A DNA stretch of 64,000 bases from the human T2T-CHM13v2.0 reference genome, Homo sapiens: the NCBI RefSeq assembly GCF_009914755.1, contig NC_060928.1; one strand, 5' to 3'. The translations under genes were made by a program, and so were the position numbers. Shown here in pieces: positions 17,860-31,545 of this stretch. The notes beneath the pieces were generated by a model. The model was not told the origin of the DNA. It did no database searches and saw only the letters and a list, made by a program, of their open reading frames with translations. Each line of letters starts with the position of its first letter. Position 1 is the stretch's first letter.

Positions 17860-18640
17860 TTTATTTCTGAAGAGTTTACTAATATAAGGTTCTCATTTGG
17901 ATTAATCCAGGCTCTTCTTGTCTGGAATCTTAACAAATCTGGAATCTCTTCTATGTTAATGTTCTTCAAATATGTGAAGACAGTTACCACGTTTCTGAGT
18001 TGTTTCAGTTATTTCAGCCAATCCTCATGCTCTCTGGTTGCCAGATCTCCTTGGCACACACTTCAGTGTGTCAGTGTCCCTCTTACAATCTGGCACTTTG
18101 AATTGAACATAATCCTTCAGATGTGGTCTGGACAGTGTAAAGTTCAATGGGACTACTCCCTTTCTTGATCTGAAGTCGACACTTTATTAAGACTCACACG
18201 AGCTTATTTGGCAGCACGTCATACTGTTGGCACACGGTGAACTTGCAGGCAGCTAAAACCCCAAGTTATTTCTTTTTTCTATATTCACTGTTCTTAAGCC
18301 AGTTGTCCTCTCTCGTAGAAGAGGAGTTTATTTTATGAATCTACAGAGAGAATGTTTTGTTTCTTGACGCCTTCTCTCATTCTTCCTGCTCTTTAAAGAT
18401 CTAGAAGATACTTAATTTTGTCCTTCAATATGTTAGCTATCCCTCCTGTTAATTCTGGTAAATATGTGTCTTCATCTGAATCATGCGTTTAAGAGTTTGA
18501 GGGGACAGAACTAACTCAGAACAAAGCCTTATAAATTGTTATTGAATAACTGCCCTTAGGTTAACTTTGATTTGTTACTCAATTCCCTTTTTAATGTCAC
18601 GTTCAACTTTTTACTTATCATTCAGTTTATTTTTTTTCTG
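17860..18640 (-). mobile_element. Ancient CR1/L3 LINE fragment
   Basis: gaattgaacataatccttcagatgtggtctggacagtg..gggacta resembles antisense L3 ORF2; boundaries uncertain. Confidence 0.5.
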
Positions 18641-18732
18641 ATTAAAAGGATTGTCTTTTCTACAAGGCTTGTTGAAACTGAGACATAGCATATGTATAAC
18701 CTCCCCGGATTTTGCATGCTGGAAGAAATTTA

Positions 18733-18886
18733 CTTTTCTTTTTCATTTTTTAAGAGACAGGGTCTCACTATATTGCCCAAGCTGGAGTGCAGTGACCATT
18801 CACAGGTGCATTCATAGTGTACCGCAGCCTTAAACTCCTGGCCTCAAGCAATCCTCTCATCTCAGCCTCTCAAGTAGCTGGCACCA
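18733..18886 (-). mobile_element. FAM (fossil Alu monomer)
   Basis: Alu-like monomer retaining the 7SL-like segment gcagtgaccattcacaggtgc. TSD ctg(g/c)aagaaattta at 18719-18732 and 18887-18900. Confidence 0.75.
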
Positions 18887-19649
18887 CTGCAAGAAATTTA
18901 AGTGATATATTTTGGGCTTGAATTATTTTCAAACAATTTAAGACCACTTCTAATAATCACCAATTCCTGTAGTAACTTACTGAATAAAAACCAACTTCCC
19001 AGCCAACTTGATTTTTTAAAATCAGGGAACCACAGTCAACCTATTAATTAGTTTTATTTCTAAAATCCAGACTTCTCTCTTTTTTGACATTGAGATACTA
19101 GTCTTCCATATCCTTGCTTTTTATGAGTCTTCAATGAATGCTTTAAAATATTTTCATACGCATATCAATATTTAAAATATGGCATGTAATGTAATGCACT
19201 CTGGGTTCTCAATTTAGCGAACTGTTCCTACAGTCTGTTAACCCATGAAACCAAGCGCTTTAATACAAGGTTAAACGCTTGGGTGAGGTAATGCTGAAAG
19301 CAGTCACTAGAGGGAAATAGAGGGCTGAGAACTAGGTACAGGAATGGTCGACCCCTGGTTAGAAGGACCAAGAGAACGATAGGCTGGAGAAGGCTAAACC
19401 TCTGTAGAAGAGGCTACTCTCAGGTTTACCCCGAAATTCCACTTTAGATATGGTTCACATAAGAACAGAGATAGAGCTGGGACGCAATCAAGACAGATCA
19501 GCCAGTCAGCACTCAGTTGGAAGACACATCAATGACAAGGTTTTTAGGAAGTTTGATATCAATGCCAGAAAATGACCTTGAAGCAGGAGTCTTAGTGTCA
19601 TGGTTGAAATCTGCAGTCCAAGCTAAGATCAAAATTATATCAATTCAGC

Positions 19650-19830
19650 AATAATCGTTACAATTTATTGACTGTCTACTATATATCTAGCAATGAACCA
19701 ATATTATCTCCCATTCTTGGAACAAGCTTTGGAAAGTAATATTTTCCCCATTTCACAAAAAGGAAACTGAAGAACAGGATTTAAGAAATTTAAGTGGCAA
19801 AACTGGGATCTCAACAGAGATTAGTTGAGC
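19650..19830 (-). mobile_element. MIR fragment
   Basis: ccccatttcacaaaaaggaaactgaag MIR core motif. Confidence 0.55.
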
Positions 19831-20215
19831 TGCAAGGCATGTACTCACTATGCTGAAAGACTGGACAATACCGTATTCTGATTCAATAATTAGAACTCTG
19901 GGAAGAGAGCTGTGGAAAAGCTTGGAGCAATCTTCTCCTCAACTCTAAGGCCTTCTGTCTTAGAATTTGCGGTGAGTGGACACATCTTCTCACTTATCAT
20001 AGGCTTCTATTTTCTGTAATCAAATTTCATCAGTCCTTCACAGATTTGAAGTTCATTCTGCTTTTTTAGGACCATGCAAACAAAATATATCCTATTAATA
20101 CATTTCATTTTCTTTAAAGTCAAGGCAAATGAATACTTTGTAAACATAATGTATGGCTTTTTAAAAGTTATATGTAATGGATACAAACTTAGTACAGTGA
20201 AAATTCTCAGTGACA

Positions 20216-20271
20216 ATTTGAATTTCCAATAGGATTTGAATTTCCAATAGGATTTGAATTTCCAATAGGAT
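20216..20271. repeat. Perfect 18-bp tandem repeat x3 (ATTTGAATTTCCAATAGG)
   Basis: Identical units at 20216, 20234 and 20252. Confidence 0.97.
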
Positions 20272-22289
20272 CTGCACCTCTTGGCCCAAATACTGGCCAC
20301 ATAAACATGGCACCAGATCTATCTGGTAAAAATGCATATTAAGTAGTTAAGGCAGCAAATGTTTATAGGGGGTAAAAGAATTTTCAGTTTTAGCATCTGT
20401 AAAGCCAATATTAGGTGAACAGGTAAATGAATTCAGGGATAAAATGATCAGTAGCAGCATAATAAAAGGATTTTAAAAGCACTGAACCTTAAATAACTCA
20501 ATGGAAGTAAAGAGAAAGTTCAAAAAATGATTCACAAGATAGCTCAAGCGATAAGGTCCCTGATTTCAAGGATGTATACATATGTTTGAATAAAATTGTT
20601 TCAAGAAATCTGAGGTTCAAAAGGCAATATTTCTAAATATACTGGAAGCATTCTAAAACAAGCTAGAGTACTATAGTAATAAGCATGGTTCTTTATAGTT
20701 TTCCTGTTCTGGGTTTCTAATGCTTTTCTCAAGACAGAGGTAATTAAAATAATATATTACCATCAAAATCTATGTTAGGTCTTCTGATGGGATTTCCTGT
20801 GGTTTCCTCAAGTCACCGACATCTCAGTACATATTTGAATATATCCATTACATATCTCAATGTGTTTAAACCTATTAAGAATGATCTCCCTCCTGTTTGT
20901 CTTCTTCCTCCACAACATATATGAATACAAGATTCCTTGCAATTAATACAAATTTCTTCCTTAAACTTAATAATGTTTTCTTAGCAGATTTCTCTGATCC
21001 AAAAAAAGTAATTTGCAAGGAATATGAAATAGAAAACAACTTCAGGTTTATAGACTGGAGACCCATAATTCATATTATTTGTTATGTTTTCATCTTTTCT
21101 GAAAATACAGATTTTAAATACTTGTAAAAAATAAATGGGATGTTTGTTTTAAATTCTGCCTCAATCCAAATACCTGGAAAGCCCTGTATTTCGAATACTT
21201 GAAATTTCATTCTAATTTTATTTAAGGTTAAACATAGAAGTGTGCTTTAAAAGTTCACATCTATCTCCCTTAACTTGGGCTGTACAAATTGTCCCAAAGA
21301 TTTACATAGTTATTATGGCATTTTTTTGATGCACAAGGAACCAATAGGTGATAATTTATCTCATAGCAGCAGGATAGATGAGCCCAGCTCACACTGGGCA
21401 CTTACTGAGCAATGTCCTACTTGCTGAAAATGGAATCTTATAAAAGTTGGGCTGTTTCTAAAATGTCCATGGGCATTCTAAACCTGTAGTCTGAGCCAGA
21501 TGTCTGGAAGCTCTTAGAGATGATTTTTATTTTTTCTAATACAGTCATATCTTTCCCTTTGCTGTTTTCTTTGCACTTATCTGTCTTGTCTTATTTTGGT
21601 TTGGTTCCTTCTGTCCCTGCTGTAAACAGAAGTATGTCCTTTCTTCTCCCTCTCAATTTATTGACTTTTCTTTTTCTTTTCTTTTTTTTTTTTTTGAGCA
21701 TATGTGAGCATACAGCATCTGTTTCCAAGCCTATACCAGATGGATGAAAATAATTATTGGAGAAATCTGAGAAAAGGAAGATCAAGGCACTTTTAACATC
21801 AGCAGAAGATAATGAAAGGGTAGAACAAAAATTGAAAACCAGAGACACTGTCAGGAGTAAACTAAAGCCACTTCTCAGAGTTTCCATAGATCCAATGGCA
21901 CTGCCATAAATCTAGATTGAGAAAGTCCATTAGCAGTTATTGCAGATACAGTTACCTTCTCCTCACCCCAAATTCTAAATAAAATATATCAAAATAAATG
22001 AACAGATTGGTTATTATTTAAATATTAACCCAATTTGCCAGCTTCTTTTAGGTCGTAAATTTGCATGGACTCATGGTAATCCAAATGACTGTATAACCAA
22101 TCAGGATATTTAGGAAAAAAAAAAAAAGAATCAGTGGCAATACTCAAGCCCAGGTTCCATGCCATCTGCAGGAGCTGTGCCACCGTTTTTATTATAAAAG
22201 AAACTACTATTAGGATGCAGTCGGACTGGTTTTTCCAAGCACTAAATCCATATGGGTAGAACTCAATAAATACCATGCACATAATAATT

Positions 22290-22495
22290 ACTAACATCTG
22301 TAGAGTGCTTTCCGGTCTACATGTTGCTTTGTTTAACCTTCATAACTGTTATAATCCTCTTTTATAGCTCAGGAAACTGAGGCTTAGGGAGGTAAAGTGA
22401 TCTAGTTAAGAGCACACAGCAAAAAACTTTTAAACCATAAATTTTGACTCTATAATGAAGTTTTTTGATTCCAAATCCAGAGCTTCTGCTACCTT
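22290..22495 (-). mobile_element. MIR fragment
   Basis: ttttatagctcaggaaactgaggcttagggaggtaaagtga MIR core. Confidence 0.65.
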
Positions 22496-22705
22496 GTGGT
22501 GCCTCTCTGAAAATGTTTTAACAACAATAATGTTGTGATTATACCTTTCAATGTAATTTTTAGAAAATGTTGCCTTTTAGTATCTTCCAGCCACAGCAGC
22601 TAATATTTTATGAGGTCATATTTCTGAGTTATTTGTAGTATGGAAACTGAACATTTGAAAACATTATTGAAATCTATTTAAAAACTGTTATTTGGTTAAT
22701 TTGTA

Positions 22706-22840
22706 AACCTCAACCTCCTTGCCTCAAGTGATCCTTCCACCTCAGCCTCCCGAGTAGCTGGGACTAAAGACATGCACCACCATGCCTGGCTAGTTTTTGT
22801 AGAGACAGGGTTTTGTCATGTTGCCTAGGCTGGTTTCAAA
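22706..22840 (-). mobile_element. Alu fragment (AluJ/FLAM-like)
   Basis: cctcaagtgatccttccacctcagcctcccgagtagctgggacta...gtagagacagggttttg. Confidence 0.85.
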
Positions 22841-23109
22841 GAGTTTGTAGTGATTTTGAAAGCGAAAGCAAGCTAGATAAAGCCTACTTTATGAAACATG
22901 TGCTTGGAATAAAATAGATTAGGATTTAAACCCATAATAATAAAGAGCCACGCCACCTCTCCTTATAGGGAATATTTAATATATTCCCCTAGAACATAAA
23001 GAGTTAATTGTTAATCACTTAACAGGAAGACTAGGAGAAGGGGTTCTACGACATTAAAAGCAAAAATGGGAAGAAATGTTTTAAATAAACTAGAAATCAG
23101 TGGGACCAC

Positions 23110-23700
23110 ACATTCACTTAATAAATCTTTACTGGCCATTTACTATGTATCATATAATGCCAAATACTTGGGGAAATTTAAATTTTAGAAGACAAAGCCT
23201 ATCTTTTTGAAGAGCTCAAAGTGCAATGGAGAAGAAAGCAATGAATAAAATGTTTGAATTAAGAAGGAGAAACTTGTCTGCAGGAATAAGCAAAGGAAGT
23301 AAAATTAAATTAGAGTTCTGAAGGATAAATTGTATCTTCACAGGATGAGAAATGGGTAAAATGCATTTGGAAAGGAGCAGCTCACGCAATGGCATAAAAG
23401 TATGAGAAAGAGATTAAGTTCATGCAATGGTGACATGGTCACTGCAAGTAGATCACAGGGTACTTGAACGAGTGGTGAGAAAGGAGTCTGAAAGACTGCA
23501 GGGGCCGGTTTGAGAGGGGTCTTTGATGACACGACGAGATGTAGTGACTTTGCAGGCTCCAGGGTGCCAACAGCCTATGCTTTTCAGGCAGGCAATAGCA
23601 CCATGGAATGTGCAGTTTAGAAAGACAATTCCGGTGGCTTAATGTGGGAAGAGACTGGTGGCAATGCAGTATTTTATAGGCTGTTGCAGCTGTAGCAGCA
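23110..23700 (-). mobile_element. L2 fragment
   Basis: cattcacttaataaatctttactgg start followed by decayed purine-rich L2 body. Confidence 0.5.
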
Positions 23701-26700
23701 AGATGGACCTATAGAATTATGTATATTGTCCTAAATTAGAGGGTGTATTTTACTTTAGAATAATCAATGCCGTTAATAATTGTAGGCAGTTCATAATATA
23801 AAACGTTTTCAAGCAAGGGCAGGTTTGGGGAGGAAGGCCTTGAGGAAGATTCATTATATAGTAAGCTAATAGGAATAAAGGCTTCAATGTGATGTCCGAT
23901 GTCTTAGGATGGTGACAGTTCTTTTAGTTTTAGCTCTCCAAAAAGTATTTCCACCATTTTATTTAAATATCTCTATTAGCATCCTTATATGTTAGGGATT
24001 TCTTCTTCTTTTAAAAAACTTAATTTCAGAGACCTCTCCTGAGAAAAAAATAGAAAGAAACTCTTTATGCTTGCAAAGCTAATAAGCAATACATTGTATT
24101 GGGAAAAAATATAAAAATAAGTAGAGAACCTTTTATTTAAAAATGGAAATAAGTCTTTAAAGTCGTTTTTTCTGAAACAAATGTGGTCTTTTGTTACATT
24201 GAGTGGGAAAATCTTAAATCAAACTTTCCAGGATAGAACATTAAAAAACAAAACCCATCAACTCTGAGCTCTCTCTCTACTGTTGAGCACAAAACCAAAA
24301 TCACAAATGCACAACATTTACTTTCATAGTTCATGGTGACTGATTTGTGTATTGAACACAATGATTTTCTTCCTTTGTGCTTCTTTAAAAAAAGTAACAT
24401 TAACTTGCAAAAAAGACTCCAAATTGCTTATGTAGGAACAAACTTAAAAGTGAGACAGAATTTCATCTACAAGGCTTAAAACATCTCTTAATTGTTATGA
24501 TGTAACAGCAGTCTAAAAATTTTTATCAACAAACAAAAAATCAGTCAAGCACACACACCTTCTGAGACCATCTTGTCTGGATAACATCTTCAAAGTTAGG
24601 ACTGAGTGATTACTAGTCTACGTTCTATGCTAAGGTGCTCAAGAAAAACAACTTCATATTGAGTGACATAAACAAGTGCAGCAAATCTTTTTAAATTTGC
24701 ATGTTGTTTTGGGAGCCTTTTAAAAGAAACTGTAAGCCAGCATATGGAAAGTTATAAATGGAGCCCAAGTTTGCTTGGAATCTAATTAGAGATGCCTTCC
24801 AGCTGTTGCCACTGCCTGGAGCCTCTATTTCCTCTTACTCTCTCCTTCCAAACAAACCATGGAAAAGCAAGCTGAACACCAGTTCTCTTGCCTGACGCAA
24901 CATGAACTGATTTAGGCAGTCTGGCAAAAAGGAGATGAAAAAATCAGCCTCCTTATTAAATGTTGCTGTACATAAAATGTACAATGAAAATTCAGTCGAA
25001 TTAAGGACAGAGGTATAGAAGCAAAATTAACGTTAAAAAATTTAAGTGCATTACCAGCAGCACAAAAGGCATTATCAATATTATGACTAAAGACAGCATG
25101 GTGTCTAATGTTCACCTATTTGTAGAAAAATGAAAGAATCCATTAATTATTTTTCTATTTGCACTATGTTCTCCAAACTAGACACCTATGATAACCAAAG
25201 AAGGTCTTTGAACCCCTAACTTTGATAAAGATCAGGCTCCTACATCATAGATTGGTTATTTTTTTCTCTATGGATATTAACCTGCATGTTTTGACTTTAG
25301 CGGATACATATATACAAATAGATACATAACAGAGCTTAAGGCATGGAAGGTTGGGAGAAGGATGTGGCATTGATGTAGCTCTTTGAAGAGAAATAAAATT
25401 TCAAATAGGCTGAGAAGAGGGTGATTGTGGTATAAATTTACCTCTCTCATTTCTTTAATCTTCTACTTTCCACTAATTTCCCTACATTTTCTCCTCAGCC
25501 TTCACCTTCAAGCATATGTCTCTCTCTATCTTGAAAATATCCTCTCTTGGAACCCGCTATTTTTTAAATTGCCACATTTCTCTTTCCTTTCTTGCAAGAT
25601 TAAACCCCGCACGCAGGCTACACCCACTCTTGCCATTTCTACTCTACCAACCCTTTTAATAACCTCTTCAGAATCAAACCATTTGTGTTTTGGGAGCGGG
25701 ATGGGGGTGGGAAGATAAAAATGATGACTTTCTTCTTAAAATAGCAATTTAAAAGCACGATAAAATTTAAATAATAACTAGAGCTGTCTGAAGAGAACAT
25801 TTCTTTTCAGGCAAATGTGAAATTAAGTAATCTGTTTCATGTTGCGGTAGACATTTTTCTGAATGGCTCACACAGAACATAAACCTTAAAAGCCAACAGC
25901 ATACTGTGGGGGGAATAATTTCTGTTTACCCTCAGTTCAGTGTTCTGTCCCATTAACAGCTCTACCTCTAAATATGCATGACATTTCCTTTCAAAAATTT
26001 TCTGTTTAATGTTTCAAATGCACACACTAGATCTGACTTAGTAAACCAATTCCTTAATAATGAGTCATCTGGCCAAACATGAGTCAGAGTAATAAAGCTC
26101 TCGAGACACTTCACTATTTGAACTTTAGGGACATATATAAACCTGTGAACGATTTCACAGCCTGAAGAAAGAATTTTTAGCTGTTATGAGAAGCTGGGTA
26201 AGAGAGAACCAGCACTTCCCTGTTTTCATGTCTTATCTTTTCTGAATTTGTAACATTGATTAGAAGAACCTCTGTTCTATGATTTTTTATTTACAGAGAT
26301 TGCAATGATCATGTGTAGCATTAAAATACAAATTTCACAGACAGTATATTTTACTTTGTGTATATTAAACATGTTTTTTTCTTGAACATTTGGCAACTAT
26401 AATCAACATGAGATTAACTGTTTCATCAGAATGTGTTTATATGGTTGCATATTATCAAATGGAATTTGGTTTCTGAAAAATGGAATGAAAGTATGGAACA
26501 AAATGGCAGAGCTAAAAGTCAGAATATTCCCAACCTTGTATTTTAGTTAATTTTACTGTGATCTATCAGCCACCCAATAGATTTTTTTTCTGAAAGCCTT
26601 CTAGTTTCTCTTGTCTTCAAGACTATGTTCATTGGGGTATTAAGTAATGTACCTTCTATCATTGCTTCTCTCTTGAATTATTGTTCTCTTTCCATTCTTA

Positions 26701-28558
26701 GTGTTATCATTACGGTTTTTTTTCAGTATTTTGTTTCTCATTCAGACAGCTTCCTACTGGTTTCCCTGTTGTAGAGTTGGAGAAATAATAATGAGACATG
26801 GATAAAATACAATTAGGCAATGATAAAACGATAAGAAAACAAGGTATTGACAATGAGTTGTAGTGGGCATTTTACAAAATACACATTGATCGAGAATAAA
26901 TTTTATGTGTGGTTCCCTATACCTGTTCTGGTATGCCTAACTACAGCTTAGTTATTGAATAATAGTTTCCTTGTATGCTTTCCTCACTACTGGGCTATTG
27001 AATTTGATGACAAGTGAAAAATTTGAGAGTTTGAGATCATCTGAAAAAGCTTCTCTACTTCACAAACCTTGCTGTTTTATAATTATTTTCTGTGTACCTC
27101 CAGTATCCTGGTTTGAATGTTAAAGTATTTCATTTTCATCTCCATGGTGGTGTTATAAAACCGCAGGATTATTAGTGAACTGCCTCAACTTTAATAGCTA
27201 TAATTGATTCTGGTGTATTCATCAAAATGACAGCTATAATTTGTAGAAAAAAAAGAATCAAAGAATTTTCTTATAAAAGATGTGTTTAATAGATCTGTAG
27301 CTTTTTATTATTGCTGCTGCTGATTCATTATTTTTACATTTTATAACTTGATGCTGGTACTTCTTGAGAATGATTGCCTTATTAACATATTACTTATTTG
27401 TAGCATTAAGTCAGTAACTTATTTTCTTGATATGTTAAGAAAATTCCCTCAAAGTAGATTGAATAGGCCAGTGTTTTTCAAACAATGACCCAGGAGCCCT
27501 GGAGATTGGCAGAAGTGCCCCGAGCCTGCCTTAGAAGGAAGGGGTTGAGGCTGGAACCTGCACTAGCAGATCTACTTTCTTTTGTTTTATATGCTGGACT
27601 TCTTTTCCATCAAGAAATTCATTTGACTGAAAAGTGACACATTGAAAAAGAGTTTGAAAAATTATAGAATAAGTTTCAAGTCCAACAGAGAAATAAACCA
27701 ATTTACCTTTGGCAAACATAGGTAACGTGAACTGGGCAGCTCCTCTAGGTGAAAAATAAGTAATGGGAGAGAGAGACTACAGTGCAGATCCTGAGCAGAC
27801 ACCATGGAGAAGTGACACCCACACTCTGATCACACCTGGAGGAGGCATCCAGCACGTTGGAAGTGAAGTAGCACTTACCCAACAACATAACCTGGGTTGC
27901 CTAAAGTTTTACACTTTAAGATTTAAAATAAAGGGGCTTAGAGAAGGGATTTGAACTTGTAAAAGATTATGAGATTCTTATTCTTTAAAAAATAAACAAT
28001 CACAAATGTTCTTTTGCAGGATATGTTCTGTAGTGCTTGTTCTTAAAATCTAAGAAAGGGAATGTTTGGGCTAACATGTTACATCAGATGGAGGTTGGAC
28101 GTTTTGATTTCAATACTGTGTGTGGTAACTAAGGTGAATGCATTAAAACAAACATTCCTCTCAATGAAATCTTTCTCAATGTCTGCACAGCTGTTAACTC
28201 TTTGGCCCAGAAAACTGCATCAAAAGCCAGCAGTAATACAACTTATGCAGGTTGGCCCATAAACTGTTTAGTGAGTACTTTGCTTTTGGAGAACAAAAAG
28301 AAGAGATCACCAATGTGGAAAAGTTGTAATAAATGACAATGTTCTATAAATTAAAGCAAATGACCTATTTTTAGCTATTTTAAAATAAGAAGCAAAATAG
28401 GTGGACTTCAAGTTTTAACAAAAATCTTGCCAGATGTAAATCCTTAAAAATTATAATTCTAAAAATGTAAGTGCAGGACCACCAACTACTGCTCAGACTC
28501 TTTTGCCTTGACATTAATCCAAGAGAAAGGGAAAAACATGTATGTGTGCCTGTGTTTG

Positions 28559-28605
<47 letters not shown>
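28559..28605. repeat. Compound (TC)n(TG)n microsatellite
   Basis: Directly visible dinucleotide runs. Confidence 0.95.
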
Positions 28606-28608
<3 letters not shown>

Positions 28609-29184
28609 CACTTGATATTTGATGCAATCAATAGTCTGAAGTAGCAACATTTTCATTTTGATGAAAATAGGGATGTTGAGTGCATACATTGGCTCTTTCT
28701 GTTGATTTCTTTTAATCATCAACCATCTGACCATATGGATGGACTAATAACATGCAGAGTTTTGGCTACAAGTCCAACGTAGTGAAGTAAGGGAGAATGG
28801 TGAATTCACCCAGTTCATTCAACTCTGGGACAGCCGTGAGGCCAGACAAGCATGCTTGCCCTAATGTAGCACCCTGCCCCAACATTCACCTGTGCTGCTT
28901 TTTCTTTCTTTTGAAATATTAGTGAGTGGCTGAGCCAGAACTCAGATGCAGACCTTCTGACACCACTTACTATGATAAAAGAAAAAAAAATCTATAACTG
29001 CAATCCTTCAAAATATAAAACCTAAGGGAGTCAGAAAAAGAAGGGAGAAACAAAGACTATTATTTATTGGTAGGCTTTGAAATGTGAAATATAATTGTCA
29101 AAGAGATTCCTGTAACTTGTGATACATGTCTGCTGGAGCAGGCACCTTTTTTTTTTTTTTTTCTAATAGTTGAATGAATAAACT

Positions 29185-30370
29185 TGAATTTGTCCTTGAC
29201 TCCTCCTTTTCTTCCTGTTGCATTTGTAGTTCATCAAAAAATCTTGTCTGCTCTATCTGCAGAATATACTCAGAATCCATCACTTTCCATCACCCCTCCC
29301 TCTGTCCCATGATCTCTCACACAGGTTAATGCTATGGTCTCTTTAACAGATCCACCTGCTCTCCATCCGACCTGCATGATCTATCCTCAACACAGCCACT
29401 AAAGCAGATCTGTTAAAAATGAAGTTAGATCAGGTTCCCCTTCTGCTCCAAGCTTCCCAGTGGATCCCATTTTAGTCGAGTGAAAGTCAGTGCCCCTGCC
29501 TGTGCCTACATTACACTACAGGATCTGGCTTCTTTAACTGCTTTGACCCCATTTCCTCTTAATCTCTCCTGGTCTGTCTCTGAACTAGCTTAGTGGGGCT
29601 GTCCTGTAATGGTACTTGAACACACCAGGGGTGTTCCTGTTGTAATACTTATGCATTCACTCTTCTTTCTGCCTGGAGAAGCTACATACAACGATCCCTT
29701 CCTTGCCTCCCTTCTTATCAAGGTCTTCCGTGACCTTTGTAATATTGTCCTCTCAATTTCTGTGACTCCCAATCCTCTTTCCTGCCTTATCTTCTTTCTT
29801 AGAGCATGTCACCCTCTAGCATACTATATAGTTTTCTTATTTGTGTCTTCTTGCACTAGAATATGAACACCATGAAAACAGGGATTTTTATAGGTTTGTC
29901 AACTTATATATTTCCCAGTGTATTAGTCCATCCTCATGTTGCTATAAAGGACTGCCTGAGACTGGGTAGTTTATAAAGGAAAGAGGTTTAATTGACTCAC
30001 AGTTCCACCTGGCTGGGGAGGCCTCAGGAAACTTACAATCATGGGGGAAAGGGAAGCAAACATGTCCTTCTTCACATGATGGCAGGAAGGAGAAGTGCCA
30101 AGCAAAAGAGGGAAAAGCGCCTTATAAAACCATCAGATCTTGTGAGAACTCACTCACTATCATGAGAACAGCAGCATGGGGGTAACGCCACCATGATTCA
30201 ATTACCTGCTGCAGGGTCCCTCCCAGGACACTTAGGGATTATGAGAACTACAATTCAAGATGAGATTTGGGTAGGAACAAAGCCAAACCATAATCACCCA
30301 GTGTCTAGAACAGCACCTGGCAAAGAGTAGGTTCTCAATATTGAATGAATGGATGAATGAATGATGGATG
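29185..30370 (+). mobile_element. L2a element interrupted by a MaLR LTR
   Basis: ccttgactcctcc, agaatccatcacttt, ctagaacagcacctggc..gtaggttctcaatatt and the terminal (GAAT)n are L2 3' hallmarks. Confidence 0.75.
29919..30296 (-). mobile_element. Solo MaLR LTR (THE1/MST family)
   Basis: TG...CA termini (tgtattagtcc...aaaccataatca) and a perfect 5-bp TSD cccag (29914-29918, 30297-30301). Confidence 0.93.
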
Positions 30371-31379
30371 AATTTCAGGGAAATAAAAACGACACCACTT
30401 AAATCAAGGGCCATTACTTAATGAATGATTAGCTGGTAGTGGAGTGTCACAAGGGTTACAAATTAGCCGATGAATAGTTTTCTTCCTTTTAGAATTTCTA
30501 AAGGTATACATTTAACCTTGGGAGTTTCCTTTATGTAATTAAGAAATAATCACACTCAGCTACATCATGGGTTTGAGGTGAGGATTAAATGACATAATCC
30601 AGTGTATTAACATTGATCTTAAAACACTATTTTAAATTGCTTTTTTTTTGTTTTATTATTTTGACATCTGGAATCATTCAGAGACACAGTGGAAAAGAAA
30701 ACAGATCTAAAAAGCTCTATTCTTGGAAACGAACCATTGAATTATTTTAATTTTAGCAAATCTCAGACTATTGATCCAATTGACCCATTTTTCTTTTAGA
30801 GATAAATAATGACAGTGAATTATCTAGCTAAGATGGCCATAACACTTTAGAAAATTATGATATACTGTATATGCACACACTCTGAAACTGATGAAAACCA
30901 GATAAAATTCATAGCTTCCTGATTTAAACAACACACTGAAATAAGCATTTGTTTTCTTCAAGTTCACACTGTAGTAGAAAAGGAGCACATAAAAAAGAAC
31001 TATACTCCAAAATGTTTACATCTCCTAGTACCTTTAATTTCATGATTCAGTTCTCAGAAACTCATTATTCAGTTATCAGTTGCTTTTTGCTCTTGAACCA
31101 ATTACTAAGCCTAAAATAAGAATATATAAACTTATTTTATGAGAGAACAGACATGCATTAATAGGGATGTTTCTTCCAAGATTGAACTCTATGAGACCTT
31201 AAATAAGCTTTCAACTGCAGACTTTAGGAGGAAAAACACAGGTCAACTGACTTGATTCTAAGATAGTACTTGAATTAAATAGTCATATGCATATAGCAGG
31301 TGTTAAACAGTTGGGAGAAAAATAAAAGAGACAAAGATGGCAATAAATCACCATGGAGCGTTAAAGATCAAAACTCTAC

Positions 31380-31545
31380 CGCAGTGTTATTCAGTATGGT
31401 TCCCAGACCAGCAACTTCACCTTCACCAGAGAGCTTATTGGAAACGCAGAACCAAGACCCCCACCCTAGCCTTTCTGAAATATTAGGGTAGGACCAGAGG
31501 CATAATATTTTAACAAGTTCTCTGAGTAATTCTTATACATTGCTC
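31380..31545. mobile_element. MER5A-like hAT-Charlie MITE
   Basis: cccagaccagcaac..tcacc..gagcttattggaaacgcaga...ttttaacaagttctc..gtaattcttat. Confidence 0.65.

Noticed and set aside
20007-20300. ORF with an SYWKFK x3 peptide repeat, and a possible CRISPR-like reading of the repeat
   Set aside because: It arises from an 18-bp tandem repeat with no spacers, has a non-ATG start and lies in eukaryotic intron DNA.
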